Part shown: positions 10,122 through 19,773 of the stretch, one piece after another
Layout: every line of letters begins with the position of its first letter
How positions within the stretch are numbered: position 1 is the stretch's first letter
Source of the DNA: a virus
DNA: 64,000 bases
UHGV virus genome: UHGV-1370141
Reading direction: 5' to 3' (one strand)
Program-made: the position numbers and the translations under genes
The notes under the pieces: model-generated
Database searches by the model: none
What the model saw: the letters and a program-made list of their open reading frames with translations, nothing else
What the model was told of the DNA's origin: nothing

Positions 10122-10763
10122 TTAGATAATGTCGTCAAAACTGCTGTCTGGTGCGGGTGCTTTTGTTGCCTGTTGGTTGTAACCACCGCCGTTATTGTTG
10201 CTATTATAGCCGCCACGACCGTAGCTACCGCCACCAGTGTTGTTGAACTCGCGAGGTTTATAGTTGTCACGGAAATCTTCCAGGAAGATATCAGCATTCT
10301 TAATAAACGCACGCAGAGTACGTTCTGCCAGTTCTAAATCAGAAACCTGTTGGCCATTACGGAAAACACGATAACCTTTCGGATAGGTGAAGTAGAATTT
10401 CTTCTGGCGTGCGCCAGCTCCTGGGATCTCACCACTGATAGCCATGAACGGCGTCAGGTTTTCATCGCGGCCTACGTGCAAGCTAACTGGCGATTTCTTC
10501 CCTTTAGCATCTTCCCATTTGTGAACGATTTTCTCTGCCTTAACCAACACGGTGCGCAGCGTTTCGAAAATGTCCACACAAACGGTATAGCCAGCAGTAA
10601 AATACAAACCTTCGCCTTTACCGAAAGAATAGCTGAACTTCATCAGCTCAACGTCACCGTTGAATTCGTTAAGCTCGATACCCAGTTTACGGGTACGTCC
10701 CTGCTGATCTGGTTCGGTTTGCGGGTAAAGATATTTTTCTTTAAAGAAGTTTTTGTTAACCAT
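10122..10763 (-). CDS. hypothetical protein with Gly/Tyr/Asn-rich disordered tail and acidic tip (SSB-like tail architecture)
   Basis: 213 aa; C-terminus NTGGGSYGRGGYNSNNNGGGYNQQ...SSFDDII resembles the Gly-rich linker plus acidic tip (DDDIPF) of SSB proteins; the N-terminal domain was not recognised. Confidence 0.55.
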   Translation of the reverse strand: MVNKNFFKEKYLYPQTEPDQQGRTRKLGIELNEFNGDVELMKFSYSFGKGEGLYFTAGYTVCVDIFETLRTVLVKAEKIVHKWEDAKGKKSPVSLHVGRDENLTPFMAISGEIPGAGARQKKFYFTYPKGYRVFRNGQQVSDLELAERTLRAFIKNADIFLEDFRDNYKPREFNNTGGGSYGRGGYNSNNNGGGYNQQATKAPAPDSSFDDII

Positions 10764-10821
10764 TTACTTTATCCTATTCTACATTTTCGGAGTGCTCAAA
10801 CTAACAAAACGTTCTGTAAAA

Positions 10822-11658
10822 TTAGCGAGCCAGTCTGTGAAGGAACTCAATTACGAAAGGTTCGTTTACCAACTTCAAGCAACTGTAGATACGATCCATC
10901 GTCGTGTCTTGTCGCCAGTGATATTTTTCAGCGGTCTTTAACACCACTTTACGAACTTTTCTGTCCAGGGGAGCGAACATATACCCGTCGCCAAATAACG
11001 TCAGGAACGCTTTGTTAAACGGGATCTGTTCGGGTTTACCGTTAAGTTTCGTGTACCATTCTAATCGACCTTTAATCTTACCCGTGTGTGACTCTAAGAG
11101 ATTCAGTAACGGGAAATCTTTGTAGGCCAATAAGTCGGCAGGGTAATGGGTTAAAATCAGCGTATCGTGCTGCCCTTTCGGGTATACATCAAAGCTTTCG
11201 AACTTCTCAGCATATTTTTCACCGTACAACTTTAACGTGTCATGTTCTAACGCGTTATAGTGTAACTGGTTGGGCGTCATCTTTTCCTGCCCACCTGCGA
11301 TAGTACGGAACGACGCTTCGGGAAAGATTCTGTTCGCACTTTTGTACGTACAGAGATAAGGGACACATAGCACCGAAGGCGCTACCGCTTTCGCGGTAGC
11401 GTAGATAGTATTGATATCTTCTTCAATCGATGCCAGCATCACTTCAGGCGTTAATCTTTCACGATTTGTCTCAAACGCGTAAAACGCGTTACGGAACAGC
11501 GTCCGTACATTCAGGTAAATTTCCTGATACTTGTGGATAGGGATCGGTCCCTTCCAGTCGGCATACTCTCCTTCATGGAGGAGCCCTTCAAAAGCCAACG
11601 ATGTGGCAATTGACATCTGATAAAACCCAAACGTGCGATCAACACTGATTGGGGTCAT
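10822..11658 (-). CDS. hypothetical protein
   Basis: 278-aa ORF, start overlaps stop of the upstream phosphoesterase gene. Confidence 0.55.
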   Translation of the reverse strand: MTPISVDRTFGFYQMSIATSLAFEGLLHEGEYADWKGPIPIHKYQEIYLNVRTLFRNAFYAFETNRERLTPEVMLASIEEDINTIYATAKAVAPSVLCVPYLCTYKSANRIFPEASFRTIAGGQEKMTPNQLHYNALEHDTLKLYGEKYAEKFESFDVYPKGQHDTLILTHYPADLLAYKDFPLLNLLESHTGKIKGRLEWYTKLNGKPEQIPFNKAFLTLFGDGYMFAPLDRKVRKVVLKTAEKYHWRQDTTMDRIYSCLKLVNEPFVIEFLHRLAR

Positions 11659-12803
11659 TTAATACTCCTGATAATGTCAGTAACAATTTGTGTATCGTAT
11701 TTAAACGGCACAAGTGCTTCTAACATAATCGACTCAACATTCTCTTCAGAGATAGTTTCTTCGACTTCAGCGTCGAGAGCGAAACCTGCTGCGAGAACTT
11801 GCTCTTCTTCAGGCGTACGAATACGCGTGCCTGAAATATGGAAAGAATATTGCGACTTCCATTTAGTAATGGCCTCGGCCAATGGAGAATCAGGATAATA
11901 TTCAATTTCCAACCGCCCTATCTCGTAGGACGGATGAGTATCAATATACTCTAACGCCTTGAGACACTTCGCATACTGCGATTCGTAGTCTTCTTCTGCC
12001 GCAATTTTTATTTGCGGGCAAGCGCGTTCGTTAACCAGGAAATAATCCCTGGCCAACTCAGGAGTGAAATCGACAATAGCAAAGCCTTTGTCCTCTTCTT
12101 CACCCATTACCAGACGATCGGGACTGCCTGGTACACGAATCTTACCCAACTGTTTTCGACGATGATCGTGGTGAATGATAATCAAATGCTTGACTAACGG
12201 TTCCCAAAAATCAGTGTGGAAAAAACGGGTAGACTCAACAGGAACTTGAAACTGAAAACAGCCATGCATAAAGCAGAAGTCCATCTGCTCTATACCGCGC
12301 GTGGCTAAAAGCTCAGCCATTTCCTTTTCCGTTGCGGTGGCGTCAATTGTCTCCGACCCTAGGGCTTTATACTCGTCCTGAACCCACCCAATCGTGGCAT
12401 CAAGTGCCTCGTCGTAGAAAACACCAATCTTATCCAGATACAAACAATCTGCGCCAACGGCTGAATTCAGCTCCTCGACAATTTTTGACTGTTTATGATC
12501 GTGGGACGGTGTTCCCTCCAGGACACGGATTGCCGTATTGGTGCTTTTAGCCCAGAACAACAACCAAGTTAAAAACCCTATGGCTTCTTGAGAATCTTCC
12601 TGCCGCAAGTGCCGGGAATCATCAAATAGATCACCAGCTATATAAATAGCGTCAATCGTGTTTTCAAACTTCACCAACGTCTCTTTCAACACATTAACAA
12701 TGTGCCACGTCGGTACACGGCGATGCAAGAGATGTACATCGCCTGTTGAAAAGATACGTTTAACGCCCGCAGGTTTCGGCGGAGGATTAGTAATCGTAAT
12801 CAT
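11655..12803 (-). CDS. calcineurin-like metallophosphoesterase (SbcD/Mre11-like nuclease or phosphatase)
   Basis: Ordered motifs STGDVHL (GDxH), IAGDLFDD (GDxxD), LEGTPSHD (GNHD-like), FMHG, IIHHDH (GHxH-like). Confidence 0.6.
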   Translation of the reverse strand: MITITNPPPKPAGVKRIFSTGDVHLLHRRVPTWHIVNVLKETLVKFENTIDAIYIAGDLFDDSRHLRQEDSQEAIGFLTWLLFWAKSTNTAIRVLEGTPSHDHKQSKIVEELNSAVGADCLYLDKIGVFYDEALDATIGWVQDEYKALGSETIDATATEKEMAELLATRGIEQMDFCFMHGCFQFQVPVESTRFFHTDFWEPLVKHLIIIHHDHRRKQLGKIRVPGSPDRLVMGEEEDKGFAIVDFTPELARDYFLVNERACPQIKIAAEEDYESQYAKCLKALEYIDTHPSYEIGRLEIEYYPDSPLAEAITKWKSQYSFHISGTRIRTPEEEQVLAAGFALDAEVEETISEENVESIMLEALVPFKYDTQIVTDIIRSIK

Positions 12804-13449
12804 CGAAACGTCTTGTTTTAACGGGTTCGGGTTTCTTCTCTACAACCTGGGCGGGTTTACTTTTACCTTCAATCTGATTGCAAAGTTCTTCCAACCCTTC
12901 TGGATAAGGAAGTTGACCGTTAACTTGATAGCGACGGAAAATCCAGTTTAAGAGATCGATGACTTTTTTTGCCCGCAGTGCATTTTCTTCGTACGACAGT
13001 CTCTCGATACCGTCTAACGTGTAATCGATCATCTGGTGCAACTGCTGCTCACCCACTTCGGAGATAATATCAGCAGTCTGCCGAATAGCTTCCGTCTCCT
13101 CCGTTAATGAGGGTTGACCTTCAACGTGTTGAAGAGAACGACCGGTATTCAGCAACGGTGGGATAGTGAATAACAGTTTAGAATGGTCAGCATCCGAAAC
13201 AATCTGTAACGGAACAAACGCGCTACCGACGTAATCTACCCAAGTGTCTTCGTTAAACGTACCGTCTAACATCCCTGACAACAAAGGTAAGCCCTGACGA
13301 CGGAACATCGATTCTGTAAAAACACTGCACACATTCTGGCCTTGCTGGAGTACGCTCTCCATTTCCAGAAGTTTATCGTATTCGAATTTAGCGCGGCCAG
13401 AAAGTTCATTAATAGGAACCCCATTAAATTTTCCTGGTTCTTGACTCAT
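12787..13449 (-). CDS. hypothetical protein
   Basis: 220-aa ORF in tight minus-strand array. Confidence 0.5.
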   Translation of the reverse strand: MSQEPGKFNGVPINELSGRAKFEYDKLLEMESVLQQGQNVCSVFTESMFRRQGLPLLSGMLDGTFNEDTWVDYVGSAFVPLQIVSDADHSKLLFTIPPLLNTGRSLQHVEGQPSLTEETEAIRQTADIISEVGEQQLHQMIDYTLDGIERLSYEENALRAKKVIDLLNWIFRRYQVNGQLPYPEGLEELCNQIEGKSKPAQVVEKKPEPVKTRRFDDYDY

Positions 13450-13451
13450 CT

Positions 13452-13835
13452 TTATTCGTCCTCAATACGTGAAGTTTCAGTTTCGACATACCGTTCAACA
13501 TCGTACCAAATCCCGCCCGATTTCGCACGAGCTTGAATAATGATACGATAACGAACATCAGTATCGGGGAGATACTCCCATTTCGTTTCGACCTCAACGC
13601 CCTCAGGGAAGATATTCCCGTAAATAGCAGTCAGGTCAGATTTGACTTTGGAAGCAAGACCGTCGGGATCTTGTGCATACATTTGCTGTGCTTTTGCTAA
13701 TGAACGCACATTCCCTTGATAAATCTGCGATTGGCTATACCCTGCTTCTGTATAGTGATTCATTGCCTCACGAATACGTTCGCGGGGAGTTCTGGCCCAA
13801 CCGCGAGTAGAAACTGTTCCTACTGCAATAGCCAT
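13452..13835 (-). CDS. hypothetical protein
   Basis: 127-aa ORF following a terminator. Confidence 0.5.
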   Translation of the reverse strand: MAIAVGTVSTRGWARTPRERIREAMNHYTEAGYSQSQIYQGNVRSLAKAQQMYAQDPDGLASKVKSDLTAIYGNIFPEGVEVETKWEYLPDTDVRYRIIIQARAKSGGIWYDVERYVETETSRIEDE

Positions 13836-13871
13836 CTTACTCTCCTATCACATTGATAGCTCGAGCTGTAA

Positions 13872-13900
13872 TTAAGAAAAAATAAGGGGCCGAAGCCCCT
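13872..13900 (-). terminator. rho-independent terminator
   Basis: Hairpin aggggccgaagcccct followed on minus strand by TATTTTTTCTT, downstream of the 13905..14492 gene. Confidence 0.6.
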
Positions 13901-13904
13901 CACT

Positions 13905-14492
13905 TTAGCAGGACGCACCAAGTTCTGAACAGGGATCTTCATCTTCCCAGTCAAAACTTCGCATACGTGCCCAGTTAATCTGCATGTCAACTTGCTGAAC
14001 GCGAGTAAGTCGATTGGAGCGATCTTCGTTGGATACCCAGTTCCAGATACGATCCTCGTCGTACTCCGTTGACATACCTGACGTAACTTCACGATAGTTA
14101 TCGTCAGTGTGCATGTACGCCGAGCCTCGGAATCGGTCTACCTTAGAGTAACCGTTCTCAAAGCCCGTCGCCATGTTATTGTTGTAGAGCTGTCGGTATT
14201 CCGGCATTGCAATTAAGAACGGTTGTAACGCCTCATTCGCAAACTGGAATTGCCCGATAGTTTCAAGTTGTCTTACTACATTCGTTGCATCGCTATTTTG
14301 AACCTTACGCGCAGCTGCGTACATTTCGCGGAAACGTTGCAATGAGATCAGTTCATTACACTTCTGCTTCACGCGCTCAACCATATCCGGTGCGAAACTA
14401 GACAGGTTAAAGTTCTCTTTGAAATAACGATACATACCGCTATTTTCGTCTTGACGCTGCCAAATAGACCCGCCTAGATTCCACATGCCCAT
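13905..14492 (-). CDS. hypothetical protein
   Basis: 195-aa ORF. Confidence 0.5.
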   Translation of the reverse strand: MGMWNLGGSIWQRQDENSGMYRYFKENFNLSSFAPDMVERVKQKCNELISLQRFREMYAAARKVQNSDATNVVRQLETIGQFQFANEALQPFLIAMPEYRQLYNNNMATGFENGYSKVDRFRGSAYMHTDDNYREVTSGMSTEYDEDRIWNWVSNEDRSNRLTRVQQVDMQINWARMRSFDWEDEDPCSELGASC

Positions 14493-14498
14493 GTTTTA

Positions 14499-14738
14499 CT
14501 ACCCCGCCATTAAGATTAATTCTGAGTCGATGGCGATACCCGCCTCCAGATCTTCTTCGGTATCGCGTAAGAAACGGTTTTCCATGCTGATAAGCTCATT
14601 GTGTAACACCATGCTGCTAGACACTTCGTCTACGTTTGTGCTGGACATAAATCCGTTATCTGGGCGATAAGCCAGCGCCAAATCCATCTCCGTGGTATCG
14701 ACTAAAAGTCTAACCTGTAATTGGTCGCCGTCGAAATC
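14499..14738 (-). CDS. RNA polymerase beta' N-terminal-like subunit, exon 2 (starts at the DFDGD catalytic triad)
   Basis: Frame of track ORF 14499..14783 from codon 16 onward: DFDGDQLQVRLLVD...GFMSSTNV aligns with beta' [15 protein letters not shown]...MMSTNNI. Confidence 0.75.
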   Translation of the reverse strand, partial: DFDGDQLQVRLLVDTTEMDLALAYRPDNGFMSSTNVDEVSSSMVLHNELISMENRFLRDTEEDLEAGIAIDSELILMAG

Positions 14739-15088
14739 CTGTTTGTCCACTCCATTCCTTTTGGAGCAGGTGTGCAATGACACCCTCCCATGTTTTCACA
14801 TGGGCACAGACTATATCATAACCGTAGGTATTGCTACCCGTAGGTCTCCCCCACTTCGCCGCTAAACTAAGCAGCTACTCTACTCGGTTTTACCCTTTCG
14901 ATAGTCGTTGAACGATTTTCATCGCTGCTGGTTATCCATTATCACAACCCTTAGCATTATTGGTTAGCATAGGCTATCTTACGAATTGTTTCTGACTTTC
15001 GCCACCCTGTCGGGATCGTAAGCTTTAGGAGTTTCCAGCAATTCGAGGGATACGCACTAGAGGTTTCCCGTCTAGTGGGCCAAATTTT
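14739..15088 (-). ncRNA. group I self-splicing intron (ORF-less, about 350 nt) interrupting the RNAP beta'-like gene
   Basis: Separates ...KAPNA from DFDGDQ...; 5' exon ends in U, intron ends in G; contains P-like ACGGGAAAC, Q-like AUCCCGACAG, R-like GUUCAACGACUA and S-like GAUAUAGUCU elements with complementary GACUA/UAGUC (P7). Confidence 0.8.
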
Positions 15089-16456
15089 AGCATTCGGAGC
15101 TTTGATGACGCGATCGGAGATACGTAACGAACACTGTGTAACATCAGGGTTAACAGCTGAGATAAATAATGTCTGAATAGACAACTGTACAAGCGTCGGG
15201 TTTCGTAGCGCTGATATCATCAGGCCGTAACCGCCACGAGACTCCTTAATAAGTTCGTTGATAATTTCATGAACCAACGGTACGTACTGCATTGATGCAA
15301 ATGCAATAACACGTTCACACTGCCGTGGTGTGAAGTTCCGTCGACCGAGTTTGTTTTCAATAGCTACAGATTCTAACGTCACTAGCCAACGCCAAGGTGC
15401 AATAACCTTCATAGCGTCATGCGGTTCTGAGATTGGAGAGATTGTTACACGACCACCCCACGGGATGTGTGTTGAACCTAACTTGGCACGATAGAATCCA
15501 GGTTTACCTTCCATCACCTCCTGACGATGGTCAATATAGAAGTACGCTAACTGGCGATTTGCTTTTAATGCGCGACTAATAATGAAATGGGTTGGGATGC
15601 GTCGTGCATTAGTATAAAGTAACGCGATGTTCTTAACCGCGTCTATTGCACCGGTATAAACAGGATCGATAAAGATACCCTGACGTCGTTCCTCCGTAAC
15701 GATCAGTTTGGGTGAAATGATTGGAAGATGAACCGGAAAGAAAGTGTGTGATTGTTCTTCGAAGAACTTTTTCCACTCTAAGCGAGTACGTTCGCTCTCA
15801 TATCGGTTATTTTTCGTTGGTGGATAAATTTCTTTCCAGACTTCAGGAGAAGTTAAGATATTGAATATTGTTCGATGGTGGTCAATAAAATTCCTAATGC
15901 CGCGTGGAACTTGATACTCGCTAAAGATACGTTTGATTATTCGGGATCGAGTACCTTCGTCTTTATCAGGTTTATAGCACGGATCTAACATCCACATCAA
16001 TAAATCAGAACCACGTTCTACGGTCACTTTGTTTCGGTTAAACTTCTTAAGTTTAGAACCGAAGAAAGCGTTAAACATCGACCAGAATCGTGGGTTAATA
16101 AAGTTGCCTATTTCCTCCGGGGCACGAATCCAGACTTCTGAAACAATACGATGTTCTGTCACTACATAGCCGCAGGTAGGACATCGCATACCGAGATTAT
16201 ATCGATGAACGATAGGTGCTTCACAATCAATACTACAAATGGGTGCCGAATTTAGCGTCTCGTCGACTGTCCGGTTCTGTAAGATTCGGTTAATCAACTC
16301 TGACGTCTCAATGGTGTCTTTATATTTCGCAACATCATTGATAATCATCGGCGGTTTATAGCCCTTTTCCTCCGCCTCTTTGAAAGCGTCACGTAACATT
16401 TTATCGTGACTGATTAATCGCCCTGATACACCGAAGTATTGTAATCTGTCTTTCAC
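15089..16456 (-). CDS. RNA polymerase beta' N-terminal-like subunit, exon 1
   Basis: GFYRAKLGSTHIPWGGRVTISPI resembles [32 protein letters not shown] resembles NRAPTLHRLGIQ; Cys cluster CPTCGY near the N-terminus; exon ends ...RVIKAPNA immediately before the catalytic motif. Confidence 0.75.
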
Positions 16457-16469
16457 GCCAAATCCTCAA

Positions 16470-16512
16470 CAAAAAAAGAGAGGGAAGGGACAGGGGGTTT
16501 TTCCCCTGTCCC
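16470..16512 (-). terminator. strong rho-independent terminator
   Basis: Hairpin gggacaggggg-ttttt-cccctgtccc followed on minus strand by a long T-run; lies downstream of the highly expressed 612-aa gene. Confidence 0.65.
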
Positions 16513-16544
16513 TAATTACTACCAATTACGCACTACTACATCTG

Positions 16545-18383
16545 TCAGACAGGGCTGTAGTTACCGGAAGCGAATGACATGTTGTAGTCACTGCCGAAGG
16601 AGTTCGGGCCGTTACCAGACAGAGTGAAGTTTTCACCGCCGTTGTTGAAGAACAACGTATTAGCCAGGCTATTGACTGCGGTAACACCATTCACTTGGAA
16701 GATGCAGTTATCACGCACGTAGTCCAGCAGCGCTTTGGCGAATTTCGGGTTGATTGCCAAATCGGTGGACTCGCCAGTTACGACCGGCTGTTTGCTGCCG
16801 AACAGGGAAGCGGCCAGCTTCAGCAGGTACAAACGCTGTTCAGTCGCGTTGAACTGACGGTGTGAGTAAGATTGCGCGTACAGGTAAGTGTAGGCATCGT
16901 GTTGGTTATCACCAACTTTGCTCAGAACAGACACCAGGTCCTGATCCTGGAAGCTACGTTTCTGGCTGTTGCTGAAATACTGACCGGAAACAGTCGGTAC
17001 GCCAGCGATAACAACGTGGTTGCAGGTGATGGTATTAACTTTCAGCATTTCAGCGAAACGCTGCGTGAACACCGTAGCACCTTTCGGAGCCATGTTGTCC
17101 AGGATGGTCAGGATGTTAGACAGTGTACCAGTGTTACCCTGGGAAACTTCACTGAACATCGTGGAGAGACCACCGATACCGTTACCAGCACGATGGTTCA
17201 CAACCAGCGCAGCTTCTGGGTAGGCGAACATGTTCAGGCACTCTTCGATAGCTTCGCGGTTGCCATCGATTTTGCTCAGGTCCGGACGTTTGTCACCCCA
17301 CTCTACGTATTCCATAACGCGGGAGAAACGACGATCGGTTTTGTTGAGAGAGTGCATGAAGCGTTCACGCCAGCCACCGATAGCGGCGATTTCTGCAAAG
17401 GCGGCCAGTTCAATCAGCTGACGTTCGATTGGTACCATAGCCCCGGAAGACTGAGAGTCCATCAGAGAAACAACAACTTCTGCTTGCAGCTGTTTGTAAT
17501 CCTGTACGCCATTTTCAGGTGCACGGCGGCCAGTGTAACGCAGGTTGATGTAACCCACACCCGCAACGCTCGGATAACCCTGAACACGTTCAGAGGACAT
17601 CAGCGTCGGGTTAGTATCGAAGCTACCGGTCTGAGTGTGTTCAACCTGAACCATCAGGTCAGCACGTTGTGCAGAGCCGTTAACGTCAGTCAGAGAACCT
17701 TCGTCTACCGCAGTTACCTGTGCAACGAAGCGATCGCCACGAGTCAGTTTCAGCTGACCCAGGTAGCCCGGAATACGGCCAAAGATACCCAGAGTCAGCT
17801 GACCCATCAGCTGGATAGCCCACTCTTCGGTCAGCGTTTTACCCAGGTCTGGAATGCAGTTCATTACCATGAATTGCACAGACGACAGGTTCTGCTGTTC
17901 GCAGATTTGTTTGGTGATGGAATCCATTACGCCAGCCTGACCGAACAGAGATGCCAGGGTGTAATAAGTTTCTTTACCGTTGATTTCACGGAAGCGTACA
18001 GACTGACCGTGTTCGAAGAACAGGATACCGTACATCCAGTGGCTGCCGTTTTCATCTGCTGGCGCAGCAACGTATGCCGCAGAACCCATTTCTGGATTCA
18101 CACCATCGATAACACCGCAGCGGAATTTGCTCAGGTACGGGTTACGTTCAACCATCTTCGCAATCAGCGCGGTGAAATGTGAAGCGGCAGAAACGTAGGA
18201 CATATAGCCGAACGCTTTATCGAAAGTGGAGATATTCTTAGACATACCACCGAAAGCATTTGCTGCGTGGGTGTTATCCACACTGCCTGCACCAGCACCT
18301 ACACCACCAAAAGACGGAGCCGGGTCTACACCAGCAGCGCCAGCATTTACGTTGTTAGGAATTTCGTTAAACTCTTTAGCCAT
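16545..18383 (-). CDS. highly expressed major protein; candidate phage-nucleus shell protein (chimallin-like) or capsid protein
   Basis: 612 aa with strongly optimal codon usage (ctg, cgt, ggt, aac), Gly-rich N- and C-terminal extensions, tandem promoter motifs upstream and a strong terminator downstream; no diagnostic motif recognised. Confidence 0.35.
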   Translation of the reverse strand: MAKEFNEIPNNVNAGAAGVDPAPSFGGVGAGAGSVDNTHAANAFGGMSKNISTFDKAFGYMSYVSAASHFTALIAKMVERNPYLSKFRCGVIDGVNPEMGSAAYVAAPADENGSHWMYGILFFEHGQSVRFREINGKETYYTLASLFGQAGVMDSITKQICEQQNLSSVQFMVMNCIPDLGKTLTEEWAIQLMGQLTLGIFGRIPGYLGQLKLTRGDRFVAQVTAVDEGSLTDVNGSAQRADLMVQVEHTQTGSFDTNPTLMSSERVQGYPSVAGVGYINLRYTGRRAPENGVQDYKQLQAEVVVSLMDSQSSGAMVPIERQLIELAAFAEIAAIGGWRERFMHSLNKTDRRFSRVMEYVEWGDKRPDLSKIDGNREAIEECLNMFAYPEAALVVNHRAGNGIGGLSTMFSEVSQGNTGTLSNILTILDNMAPKGATVFTQRFAEMLKVNTITCNHVVIAGVPTVSGQYFSNSQKRSFQDQDLVSVLSKVGDNQHDAYTYLYAQSYSHRQFNATEQRLYLLKLAASLFGSKQPVVTGESTDLAINPKFAKALLDYVRDNCIFQVNGVTAVNSLANTLFFNNGGENFTLSGNGPNSFGSDYNMSFASGNYSPV

Positions 18384-18424
18384 TTTATTTATCCTTTAAA
18401 GGTTTAATACAATTGTAGTGTTGG

Positions 18425-18449
18425 TTCACGTAGATAACATATACCTGAG
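18425..18449 (-). promoter_or_regulatory. promoter-like motif copy 1 upstream of the 612-aa gene
   Basis: Coding strand CTCAGGTATATGTTATCTACGTGAA, a variant of GATAGATATTATCCTAGTGAG. Approximate. Confidence 0.4.
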
Positions 18450-18504
18450 ATATTTTAGAATGCGTCTAGAACACACATAACTCAAAATAGTTAACCACCG
18501 AACC

Positions 18505-18530
18505 ATCACATAGATAATATCATTCTCAGA
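18505..18530 (-). promoter_or_regulatory. promoter-like motif copy 2 upstream of the 612-aa gene
   Basis: Coding strand CTGAGAATGATATTATCTATGTGATG; second tandem copy in the divergent intergenic region. Confidence 0.4.
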
Positions 18531-18589
18531 TATTTTTCAATGTGAGTAGAATGTGACCGTTTCCTATGTGTAACCCCAAGGAGTCAGTC

Positions 18590-19651
18590 ATGTTCAGTCA
18601 AGCCGAGTTAAACCAAGCAGTCATAAAGGGGCGCTACGAAGACCCTTCTGCTATACAATTGGTCAATGCCGTAAAAAATAATAACCAGCGCATTCGCAAC
18701 TATTTAGAATCGATTCAAACCAGCGTTGGTTCTGGTCATCTCGTCCTAAAAATCTTAGCAGCTATCGGCTATGCCGGTGAACCCACGTACGAAGAAATCG
18801 AATGGGCTTGTCGTCGAAAGCTGTCAGATATCGGCAACGCTCTACGCTTAACTTCTGTGGGGGAGTATGGTCAAGTTTTTAACGGCGCTTTTATAGAAGG
18901 TCAGGATGAAATCATCTCGTTAGTTGCGAGACCTGTCGATCCTAATCTTTCTTTCCGTGACTACACACCGGCGGTTTACCTTTATCACGAATACACGAAT
19001 CTTAACTGGACGCTCGGTAACGGAAAACCCCGAGGGATCAGCATTATCGAGATAAATCTGGTTGCACTACTGTGGCAATATGTTCTTGCTGAACAATACT
19101 ACCGAACACAACCAGAACCCATCACGCGCTTGGTATACGCGCAGCGACACATCATTTACAGGATGTTACCCAGTTACATGGATATCGCTTTATTAAATAT
19201 TCATCGTGCGATTGCCTTCGGTAAAGAGATAGAAGAAGAAAACCCGTTACGAGTTATTCCGACTCCGCCTCTACGCGATTTAGCAATCCGTCACGCGAAA
19301 GCGATTTCAAAATCGTTACGTGCTGGTAAACCTCTACCTGCGGTTGTCATGGCTCACATACCTCAGATTTTCGAAGACCCGAATAAACCGTCCACGGCGT
19401 TGGATCGAATTCTGTTTAAAGAACCCGGTTCGACAATTCAAGGCAGTTGGCATCGAAATATCGTCAACTGGTATTGGGCATTGTTCTGCCTGCAATACGA
19501 CAACACGAGCATGGGTAAATACAAATCTAATCTGATGGTAAGGATTGCCCGTTTCGAGGATGCAAAGATTCTGGAGAAACTTACACGTTCGGCAAGAAAC
19601 TACTACCGACACGAGTTAATTCTGCCATTATACAGTGCGCTCGAAAAATAA
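18590..19651 (+). CDS. hypothetical protein
   Basis: Track ORF 18566..19651; ATG at 18590 is preceded by AAGGAG, so used as the start. Confidence 0.55.
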   Translation: MFSQAELNQAVIKGRYEDPSAIQLVNAVKNNNQRIRNYLESIQTSVGSGHLVLKILAAIGYAGEPTYEEIEWACRRKLSDIGNALRLTSVGEYGQVFNGAFIEGQDEIISLVARPVDPNLSFRDYTPAVYLYHEYTNLNWTLGNGKPRGISIIEINLVALLWQYVLAEQYYRTQPEPITRLVYAQRHIIYRMLPSYMDIALLNIHRAIAFGKEIEEENPLRVIPTPPLRDLAIRHAKAISKSLRAGKPLPAVVMAHIPQIFEDPNKPSTALDRILFKEPGSTIQGSWHRNIVNWYWALFCLQYDNTSMGKYKSNLMVRIARFEDAKILEKLTRSARNYYRHELILPLYSALEK

Positions 19652-19705
19652 GACTTACTCTCCCCCGCTGAGGACTCTTTCGAATCCTCATATAATAGAG
19701 TAATA

Positions 19706-19745
19706 ACGTTGCACAAGTGTGCAACGTTACCTCTTTATTTTATCG
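19706..19745 (+). terminator. rho-independent terminator
   Basis: Hairpin acgttgcaca-agt-gtgcaacgt followed by CTCTTTATTTTAT, between convergent genes. Confidence 0.5.
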
Positions 19746-19773
19746 CAAAACGTTAGGGGCTAACGTTGAACGG

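Noticed and set aside
10350-11018. 222-aa plus-strand ORF
   Set aside because: Overlaps two minus-strand genes that fit the tight minus-strand operon architecture; no SD.
16872-18182. 436-aa plus-strand ORF
   Set aside because: Lies entirely antisense to the codon-optimised 612-aa gene; product is Arg/Val/Thr-rich with no start context. Long antisense frames are a common artefact opposite strongly biased genes.
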